From the human T2T-CHM13v2.0 reference genome, Homo sapiens: 64,000 bases of DNA. The stretch lies in the NCBI RefSeq assembly GCF_009914755.1, contig NC_060935.1. The stretch is one strand, 5' to 3'. Positions 33,965 to 44,138 of the stretch are shown here, one piece after another (within the stretch, counting starts at the first letter, position 1; the number at the start of each line of letters is the position of its first letter). The notes beneath the pieces are model-generated. The model searched no databases. It was not told the DNA's origin and worked only from the letters and a program-made list of their open reading frames with translations. The position numbers and the translations under genes are program-made.

Positions 33965-34525
33965 TAGTGAGGTTTGAGGGTTGATTCTCCAAGAATATCT
34001 CCACTTCTGACACAAATTGAAAGTTCAGGAAATTCTCAAAATTACCCTTGGTTTTCATAATTCATTACACTGAATCACAGAACTTACTGAAAGCTGTTAT
34101 AATCATGATTGCAGTTTATTACAAAGAAAGTTTACAGATCGAAATGAGCCAAAGGAAGAGATGCATAGGATAAGGTCTGTGAAGGTTACAAACATGAAGC
34201 TTTTGTTGTCCTCAAAGTGTGTTACTCTCCTGTTATTGATCTGTGACAATAGGCATTGAGGATTGTCACCCAGGGAATCCCACCTGAACATCAGTATTCA
34301 GCCTTCAGGTTGACTAATACAGCATGACCCAAAGCCCAAACCCTAAATCACATGGTTGATTTTTTGAGATGTGAGCAATACTCACCCTATTATAATAGGT
34401 ATAGGGTTAGCCCCACCTGAAGCAAAGACACTCCTATTATATGTGACATGGATTACCTCCCAGAAGCCAGGGCAAAGTGCAGACAGAGCTCTTTTTATGA
34501 AAGTCAAATTCCGTACATTATATAC
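33965..34525 (-). mobile_element. MER21-like LTR
   Basis: CACAGAACTTACTGAAAGCTGTTAT..GTTTATTACA and ATTACCTCCCAGAAGCCAGGGCAAAG. Confidence 0.65.
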
Positions 34526-34914
34526 AGTGACATATTAGGTAAGTAAGTAGCAAAAAGCTAAATATGGAATAATTTCTAAGCACTTGAAAAGGTCTAGTAG
34601 GAAAACATGGGAAAAAAAGAAATGTGATTTTTTTTCCATGGTGGGCTTGAGAAATATCATTTTAATTTGTATTTTATGATATTCTAATAGCAAATATTTT
34701 GCTTTGTTTATTTCAAAATAAAAATATGTGAGTAATATAAAATAATGAAAGTCCTTTACATAAGGTATTCATTTTTACTATTATTGGTTTAAATACCAGT
34801 TTTTACCACCCTACTATGAGCTCCTTGAGAGCAAGAGCAATGTCAAATTCATGTCAGTATTCCTGTTACCTGACATGCCCCCAAAACCAAAAGTTACTGA
34901 ATAGCATTTTACCA

Positions 34915-35165
34915 GAAAGTGAAGGGGTTAAGAGCATGAACTTTGAATCTGGACTACCTGAATTTAATTCAGCTCTGCCAGTTACAAACTGTAACTTTGG
35001 TGCAAGTTTATTTATCTCTTTCTGCCTTGAGATTCTCATATATGAAACGTGTATAACAATATCCACCTCACAGGACTATTGTAAAAATTACATGTGCTGG
35101 TATATGTGAAGTATACCGAACAGTGCTGGAACATTGAAAGTGTCCAATAAATGCTTGCTACAAGT
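34915..35165 (+). mobile_element. MIR
   Basis: GGTTAAGAGCATGAACTTTG...AATAAATGCTTGCTA, near full length. Confidence 0.8.
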
Positions 35166-35558
35166 AATGGAGGAATGAAAGCTCTTTAATCCCTTTAAAA
35201 GTCTCCTTCTCACAAATATTCTATTTGTCTTCCTGGTTTCCTAAAATTTCCATACTAATTTTTCATGATAATAAAGTATTTCACTAGAACGATCCTCACC
35301 TGAGAATACTTTGTGCATCCAAGTTGTGGGGAAATGCTATATAACATGAGAAATTGTAATGACAGGAAAGGGAGTGCAATTTTCACACCTGAGAGCCTTC
35401 ACTGGGAGCCTTTAAGTGAATATCACAGTGAAGGTGTTGGGTTCTGGAGGGCACTGGAAACAAAGCTACTGGGAGAATCCACCAAATGGATTTAGTAATT
35501 GGAAAACAAATAAAAGGGAATCAAAATCAAAACTGACCCATTTTATGATATCACCTAA

Positions 35559-35909
<351 letters not shown>

Positions 35910-36704
35910 TAATTTTCAAACTAAAAATATTATGTGGGCTCTAACAAGCTGAACATCTTAATTTTAGATTTGCCACAAAACTCACTTTAATTATTCCTCT
36001 CATGTGCTTTGAAATATTGGAATTGCTGACATAAAGAACTGCTGATCTTCAAAACCCCAAATAATCTGACTTACAACTTAATTTGTCTCAATAAACATTT
36101 ATTCACAAAGAAGTGAACTTAGTCTTTTGTGACATACTTGGATAAATAAGTCATGATCTCTGTTCTGATTCTTACTTTAAAAACACAGCTGTGTTCTATT
36201 TGAAGCTATATTATTTTAGATTGGTAAATTTCAGTTGCCATAGCAAAAACTGTAGCAATCTTTTGGTCTTCTTTAAAGGCCAGTAGATTCATAGTGGATG
36301 TATGTATGACAGCAGACATTCTTGACGTTGAGGTGCTGGTTTTAAAACAGGAAGAATTAGAAGGAAAGAGTATCCAAATAAATATTCTCTCCCTCTTTCC
36401 CAAATCTAGAATATTATCCCCACTTTCAACACTTTTTAAACTTGCTTCATATAAAGGTAGAAATCAGTATAAAGCATGGATGCTAAAAAGGCATACGAAA
36501 TTATTCAATTATTTTCAATGAAATGCACTAATGCTATGTTCCTTGTGTCATTTCATTACATTAATTCATCATTTTAGACTAGAGATTTTGGTTCAAATAT
36601 TGATTTTAAACAAATGCTAAATCAATTTTATGCATGTATAATGAAGCATTTTTTGAGCATCTTAAATGTGCAAAGCACATTAGCTTTTTTGCAAACAGCA
36701 CTTT

Positions 36705-37283
36705 GATAGGACCAACAGATATGAATGCCCATTGCTCAGTAACATACCAATACACTTAGACAGTTGTGTTTGCAGCAGAGAAAGAGTTTGATGATTACAG
36801 GACACCAAGTGAAGAGTTAGGAGGAGACCCTCAAATCCATCTCCCCGAAGAGTTCTGAGCTAGGGTTTTAAAGGGGATTGTGGAGGATAAGGGGCTAGAA
36901 AATTAGCATCATTGATTCGTCATAGTAAGGAGTATTAGATCACCAGGATGTGGAAACTGAATTATTTGGTAAGACAGCTTCTTGTGGGGTCTTTCAGACA
37001 GCTGCTGTCAGTAGTTTCATCGATATGCAGGACCTAGAAGAATGTCTCAAATAGAAAACTCAGTGTTTCAAAACATTCAAGTTGTTATCTATAGAGCAGA
37101 TGGGGCGGGGGGTGCTATAATCCTGTGACAGAGTCTACATGATAGGCAGCAAACTTGAGAAGCAGGTCAGAGAGCAACTGACCTAATGATTAATGCTGAA
37201 TATGCTGCCAGTTTGGTTTATTTTTTTCTCCCTCTCCCATTTTTCCCTTCTTAATTTTATAAAGTTTATAGGGATAATTTTAG
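36705..37283 (-). mobile_element. MER4-group (ERV1) solo LTR
   Basis: TTGCAGCAGAGAAAGAGTTT..GGAGACCCTCAAATCCATCTCCCCGAAGAGTTCTG motif typical of the MER4 group. Confidence 0.65.
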
Positions 37284-37448
37284 CAACAGACTTTAAGAAC
37301 TACAAAAAGTAATGTGATTAAGATATAGTCATAACATCAAGATAAAAATAGATTAGTAATTGACTGGCTGTATGACAAATATAGTTTGGTAACAAAAGCA
37401 TGCCATTGGTAGAGTTAAGAGGAGGCAATCATAAACTGTGGGCCCACC

Positions 37449-37749
37449 TGAAACCCACCCAATTTTCCAGCAAGCTGGATGTCCACAGAATTGAAGCTTG
37501 AGAAACTTATACAATAAGACATACCTGCTGCCTTTTTCTTGCACTTCCTGTTTTTCTTCCCTGTTTTAAAAACCCCTAACTTTAGTTGGGCACAGAGGAA
37601 GGTGAACAGATTTGAGGCTTGTCTCTTGTTTCTACAGCTGACATCACCCATAATAAAGCCTTCTTTCCTTGCGATACTTTTTGTCTCAGTAATTGGCTTT
37701 CTGTGCAGTGAACAACAGGACTAGATCAAATTCCTGGCATTTAGTAACA
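37449..37749 (+). mobile_element. LOR1-like LTR (shortened)
   Basis: TGAAACC..CCCAATT start; AATAAAGCCTTCTT and GTCTCAGTAATTGGCTTTCTGTGC..GTAACA end. Confidence 0.7.
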
Positions 37750-37849
37750 ACACCAGCCTCCGCAACTGTACCTCTTTCACTCTGTTCCATGCTTTATATG
37801 TACAATTCATACTAAAATAATTACAGTGACATTAACAAGTAATGCTGTT

Positions 37850-38240
37850 GCAACTCCATGCCTTTGTAAAAGCTGCTCTTTCTTCTTGGAAGATCTATTT
37901 CCTTATACTTTCTTCACTTGCTTCAACTTTTATTAATTCTTTGAGACTTGGTTTTGGTTTTATGTCTTAGGGAAGTGTTTTCCGAGAATTCCAAACTGTG
38001 ATAGCTGCTCCTTTGATGTGCTTCCAATATCTTTTGTTCTTTTCTCTATCCAGGCAACATCAAACTTTTTTTAAGTGTCAACTTAACATTTCTTTCTCCT
38101 AAACTTGAAAGTAACCTGAAACTAGGTTCTGATCCTTAATGCAACACTATGTGTCCTCAGTAACAGAATACCCTGTGCCTTATATCTAATCAAAGTTTGT
38201 TTATCAAATAAATGTACCAATGACTTGATTAAATAAGGAA
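37850..38240 (+). mobile_element. L2 3' fragment (degenerate)
   Basis: CCATGCCTTTG..GCTG, pyrimidine-rich body and an L2-like tail. Confidence 0.4.
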
Positions 38241-38539
38241 TAAAGTTTATAGGAAGTTCAGGAAGATTTTATTTAGCCATTTGATAATTAGTCTGTTCCT
38301 ACCAACTATGAAGTTAAACCCTGTGCTAAATAATAAGGTGCTAAACAGAGAAGACTTTATAGACTCTATTGTGTGTGTGTATATATATATACCATTTAGA
38401 GAGACACTGAATAAATAGTTAGAAGCCAAAGTGTTACATTCAGGGTAAAGAGTGAAGAGTGCTCTTTTAGACGAAGACACCAGGGGCTACTTCACCAGAA
38501 ATGAAATAACTCAGCTTTTGAGTGAGATAGTCTGAGAAT

Positions 38540-38725
38540 TCTCCTTGGAGGAATTTTCTTCCAATCTGCATCCTATGGGTGAAGGTGGTGATGGTGAAGT
38601 CATGTAATTAGATAACAAACACAGAATGAGACTCTCCTTGGAGGAATTTTCTTCCAATCTGCATCCTATGGGTGAAGGTGGTGATGGTGAAGTCATGTAA
38701 TTAGATAACAAACACAGAATGAGAC
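38540..38725. repeat. Perfect 2 x 93-bp tandem duplication
   Basis: 38540-38632 is identical to 38633-38725. Confidence 0.97.
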
Positions 38726-39307
38726 AAAGATTTATGGCTGAGAAAGCTGATTAGTTCATATTGAGTCTGAGATGAATCTGAGAAATGAAGATGGAGGGTT
38801 TGAGACAGCATGAGGTTCTGGTAGGTCATATCCAGGTTGGGACTCAAATCTTAAATCTTAGGCATCGTCTTTTTAAAAAGGAACACAAAATTAGCAATGA
38901 AAGGAAAGACTTATTTTATTTTTCTTAGAAAAAAATATCACAACAAAATGCACATTTTTAAAAAGTTCAAAAACACCAAAAACAATACAAATTATTCTGG
39001 AAAAATAGTATCAATTTTGCTTTTTTTTTTTATTATCTACCAGCCATAGATCTGTAATTTTTTTCTTTTTTTTTTTTTACTTCGTGTTCCTTGCTTGCCA
39101 CTTCATAAGATAAACATTTTGTAATATCATTTTCTATAGAGAAAAGGAAAGGTAAATCCATCTTGCTTCCATCATAGTTGATTTTTTAAAATAATAGGTT
39201 AGGTTAGGTTAGAAAAGCTACTTCCACCTTTACATGCCCTTACTGATAATGTCATGTCTTTAATTTTCTCTTTGGGTGTTTACACACAGGCACTGCTTCT
39301 TGGTTGG

Positions 39308-39674
39308 TGTATTAGTCTGTTCTTACATTGCTGATAAAGACTTACCCAAGACTGGGTAATTTACAAAGAAAAAGATGTTTAATGGACTCACAATTCCATG
39401 TGGCTGAAGAAGCCTCACAATCATGGCAGAAGGTGAAAGACATGTCTTACATGGCAGCAGGCAACAGAGAGAATGAGGGCTAAGTAAAAGGGTTTCCTAT
39501 TATGAAACCATCAGATCTCATGAGAGTTATTCACTACCATGACAACAGTTAGGGAGAAACTGCGCCCATGATTCAATTATCTTCCACTCACTGGGTCCCT
39601 CCCACAACATGTGGGAATTATGGGAGCTACAATTCAAGATGAGATTTCAGTAGGGACACAGCCAAACCGTATCA
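39308..39674 (-). mobile_element. THE1 solo LTR (THE1C/D-like)
   Basis: TGTATTAG...CGTATCA termini; perfect TSD GTTGG. Confidence 0.93.
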
Positions 39675-41241
39675 GTTGGGAACACTGGCCTTGGCATAGA
39701 CCCTAGTCTGCCCAGACATTTCCTCAACATTGTTTCTGTCTCTACCCCACTATCACTGTACTCCAACCACATTTTTTTATGGTGAGCAAAGTGTTCCTGA
39801 AGCCTGGGTTTTAGTGCTGCCAAAGCAAGGAATGGAGAAATAGCTCATTCAATCCTTTCTGGAGACAAAAATGGGGTCCAGATGCACCAGGACGTCATGA
39901 GAACATGTTGCTGTGTGGGGAGGGGTGGGCGAGGAAGTCATTCTGTCAACCATCGTCTTCATCTGCAGCTCCAGGATTACTACCAAAACAAAGAAAATTT
40001 TCCCAGGCTGGGGTATCTCTCTCACTCTCTACCCATGATGGGATCCTCTTCTCTCTTATTTTTTGTCCCAGAGAACACTCAGAGCTTGAGAAGGAGACAT
40101 TTGTGACTGAGCTATTCTGCACCTTAAGCATCTTTAGCTACATAGTAAATATCCCTGTGGGTTCTGAAACATAGAAAATAAAGTACTTATTTCCTGTGAT
40201 ACACCCAATTATTCTGCCTTGGAAGAATTGACTATCTTATTCAGAGAATTCATTTACATGTCTATTTACACACAAAATACCCCATTACGATTTTGTCCAG
40301 GCAAGAAGTAATAAATATTGACTGTAATCAATGCTATAGAAAGAAAGAAGACATCATTTCAAATTTGGGTGGGCCCAAAAGTTTTGGAACTTTATTAAAG
40401 TCCAGATCCACAAATAGAATTTATGTAAATTTATGTAGGGGAAAAGTATTCCAAGTGTAATAAACAATGAGCAAAAACAATGAAAGTAGGAATCCAGAGT
40501 AAGATATCATTAATTTTAAATAACGACAACTAATTTCTGGAAGTTATAAAAGCAACACAAAATACTGGCTTTGTGGGTGTTGCCAATATTTATGAAGAAG
40601 CAGTCTACTATCCTACCATCATATGTGAAATAGAGGTCATTAAACTTTCATCTTCAGGTCAAATAAAAACACAAAGAGAATGACTCCCTCTTCCAGAGGG
40701 TCAATCCAACAGACTGAAATTATAGAAGCAGAAGAAAAACAGAACAACATGGAGCTCCTCTGTAATAAATCTACCTTGACTATTTTGGCTGTGAAAAGTT
40801 ATTACTGTTTGTGGAGGATAGGATTTGTAGCTGTTATCCCCAAGACATTATACAAACGAAAGGCACATCCCTTTTGGGGCCTGCAATGGAAATGAAGTAG
40901 AAAAAAAAATGCTTTCGCTTTCTGGCTGCCTAGCTAAATTGCAAAATAAAAACTGGAATATTAACTCCTTATGTGCAATTCACAAATAGTGGGCATAATG
41001 ATATGAATTTTCACATTTAGTACAATTATACTAAAAAGGGAATAATAGCTATTAAAGTGTATAATGCTATGTTTTTGCAAAACATAATTTTCCACCAGAA
41101 AACTAAAAACCTAAATAATTTTTTGGGCAAGGGGCTAGAAAGAGCATAGAAAGTGTCAGTATAGCTCTGTTTCCCAATCTCTTCCAAATTATTCAAATTC
41201 TATTAAATGATTTACAACCTTACCATCAAGACTCACTTTTC

Positions 41242-41541
41242 GGTCAGGTGTGGTGGCTCACACATGTAATCCCAGCACTTTGGTGGCCCGAGGCGGGTGG
41301 ATCACCTGAGGTCAGGAGTTTGAGACCAGCCTGGCCAACATGATGAAATCCCGTCTCTACTAAAAATACAAAAAATTAGCTGGGCATGGTGGCGTGGTCC
41401 TGTAATCCCAGCTACTTGGGAAGCTGAAGCAGGAGAAGCACTTGAACCCAGGAGGTGGAGGTTGCAGTGAGCCAAGATTAGTGCCACTACACTCCAGCCT
41501 GGGTAGCGAGAGTGAAACTCTGTCCAAAAAAAAAAAAAAAC
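41242..41541 (+). mobile_element. AluS (Sq/Sx-like)
   Basis: Full dimer; TCACTTTTC on both flanks. Confidence 0.95.
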
Positions 41542-42536
41542 AAACTTCACTTTTCATTCCCCACTCATCAGCTTGAACTCTATGAATGTTTAAGTAGAAA
41601 CTTAATCTATTTCAAAGGGAAAGAAACCTATCTGTGCCCTATTAAAACTTCTAAAGCTTTTTTTCCCTGTGTGAAAATTGCAAATATGGTTTGTTTCTCA
41701 GCTTAATTTTACTCACCTATGAGAATCAGACTACTATTACTTTTTTTCTTTTCTTTTGTATTTCCTATTCTTATACCTTGCCTAAAAGAAAACAGGTCTG
41801 TACATGTTTCTTATATACTTCAGTAACAATTTTACTTTTCAAGTACAAATATTGTAACCAAACTCAGGTCTGGGACACTAGTCACTGGAAAGCCAAAACA
41901 CAAGAGAAAAGCTTTGGTGAAAAGGAAAGTTAGTATTGGTATTAGTCCATTTTCATACTGCTGTGAAGAAATACCCAAGACTGGGTAATAAATAAAGAAA
42001 AAGAGGTTTAATGGATTTACTCTTTCATATGGCTAGGGAGGCCTCACAATCATGGCAGAAGGCAAAGGAGGAAGAAAGCCACGTCTCACGTGGTGGCAGA
42101 CAAGAGAACATGTGCAGGGAAACTGCCCATTATAAAACCATTAGATCTCATGAGACTTATTTACTATCACAAGAACAGCACAGAAAAAACCCACCCCCAT
42201 GATTCAGTTACCTCCCACAAGGTCTCTCCCATGACACATGGAGATTATGGGAGCTATAATTCAAGGTAAGATTTGGGTGGGGACAGAGCCAAACCATATC
42301 ATTTGACCCCTGGCCCCTCCCAAATCTCAAGTCCTCACATTTCAAAATCAATCATGCCTTCCTAACAGTCCCCTGAAGTCTTAACTCATTTCAGCATTAA
42401 CCCAAATGTCCATAGTCCACAGTCCACAGTCTTATCTGAGACAAGGCAAGTCCCTTCTGCCTAGAAGCCTGTGAAATCAAAAGCAGGGTAGCTACTTTCT
42501 AGATACAATGGGGGTACAAGCATTGGGTAAATACAC

Positions 42537-42764
42537 TGTATTATTCAGGATTCTGTAGAGGGACAGAAATAATAAGATATATATAATATATACACACACA
42601 CATATATATTTATATACATACATACATAGCATACATACATACATATATATGTCCTATTATTATCCTATTATAATAAGGCCATAATTACACCTAACATAAT
42701 ACAACTATCTTTTGTACAACTGGAAACACACCAATCCCAACCAAAATGCTCTCTCATATATATA

Positions 42765-42799
<35 letters not shown>

Positions 42800-43355
42800 G
42801 AATATACATAATAGAATATATATATTAGAATACATATCTTCTAAATATATATATAGCATCTATATTCGAATATATATATAGCATATATATTCGAATATAT
42901 ATATAGCATATATATATATATTCAAATATATATATATAGCATATATATATATTCGAATATATATATAGGAGTTTATTAAGGAGTATCAACTCACACAATC
43001 ACAAGTTCCCACAATAGGCCATCTGCAAGCTGAGGAGCACAGAAGCCAGTCCGAATTCCAAAGCTGAAGAATTTGGAGTCCAATGTTTGAGGGCAGGAAG
43101 CATCCAGCATGGGAGAAAGATGTAGGCTGGAGGCTAAGCCAGTCTAGTCTTCTAACATTTTTCTGTCTGCTTTATATTCTGGCTGAGCTGGCAGCTGATT
43201 AGATGGTGCCCACCAAGATTAGGGGTGGGTCTACCTTTCCCAACCCACTGACTCAAATGTTAATCACCTTTGTCAACACCCTCACAGGCACACCAAGGAT
43301 CAATACTTTGCATCCTTTGATCCAATCAATTTGGCACTCAGCATCAACCATCACA
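42537..43355 (-). mobile_element. MLT2A (HERV-L) LTR with an expanded TA-rich tract
   Basis: TGTATTATTCAGGATTCTGTAGAGGGACAGAA (U5 end), GGAGTTTATTAAG (poly(A) signal complement), CAACCATCACA (U3 end). Confidence 0.92.
42578..42967. repeat. Complex (TA)n/(CA)n/(TG)n tract with TTCGAA-(TA)n-GC-(AT)n units
   Basis: Read directly from the sequence. Confidence 0.9.
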
Positions 43356-43810
43356 AGTCCACCCCTTGTCAGCATCAACCATCACAAGTCCACCCCTTGT
43401 CAACTTGAACCCATACACATCTCCTGAGATCATACATAATCTTCAAATAAACACCTTCAAATAATGTCATATTTATGCCTAAGATGATACAACTATCCTT
43501 TGTACAACCGGAAATGCACCAATCCCAACCAAAATGCTATCACATAAACAATATATAACTGCTGATATGAAGTCAATAAATCTTATGTCACATGGTAAAA
43601 AAAGGAAATGAAATGAACATATTTTCTTAGTACAAGTGTATACATGCACAAACATATTTTTAGCAAAAGAAGGAGGAAATACTCATGACAATTACAGTCC
43701 TTGTTTCTGCAACTGGTCACATGGTCGTAGCTAGTAGAGATGACTACCGTTTTCTACTACCCATTCTGTATTCCCTTTGCCTTCAGCAAGAACCTCCACA
43801 GGTTGTGGGG
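43356..43810 (-). mobile_element. HERV-L internal 3' end with PPT
   Basis: AGTCCACCCCTTGTCAACTTG is the ERVL PPT complement; TTCTACTACCCATTCTGTATTCCCTTTGCCTTCAGCAAG matches the ERVL pol 3' region. Confidence 0.88.
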
Positions 43811-43849
43811 TTTGTTTTCTGTTTTTTTTGTTTGTTTGTTTTTGTTTTT

Positions 43850-44138
43850 AATGAAAGAAAGAAGTTTTTTGGACAGTTCCATATGGCTGAGGAGGCCTCA
43901 AAATCATGGCAGAAGGTGAAACTCATGTCTAACATGGCAGCAGACAAGAGAAGAAAGCTTGTGCAGGGAGACTCCCATTTTTAAAACCATCAGATCTCAT
44001 AAGACTTATTCACCATCACAAGTACAGCACAGAAAAGAAAGGCCTGCCCCCATGATTTAATTACCCCCACCAGGACCCTCCCACAACACGTGGGAATTCA
44101 ATATGAGATTTGGGTAGGAACACAGCCAAACTATATCA
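43850..44138 (-). mobile_element. THE1 (THE1A-like) LTR, U3-R only, U5 missing
   Basis: Intact U3 terminus CAGCCAAACTATATCA. Lacks the ~55 nt TGTATTAG...GGGCAATT end present in the other THE1 LTRs in this window. Confidence 0.9.

Noticed and set aside
38511-38711. 66-aa ORF with an internal peptide repeat
   Set aside because: Explained by the 93-bp DNA duplication; no splice or coding evidence.
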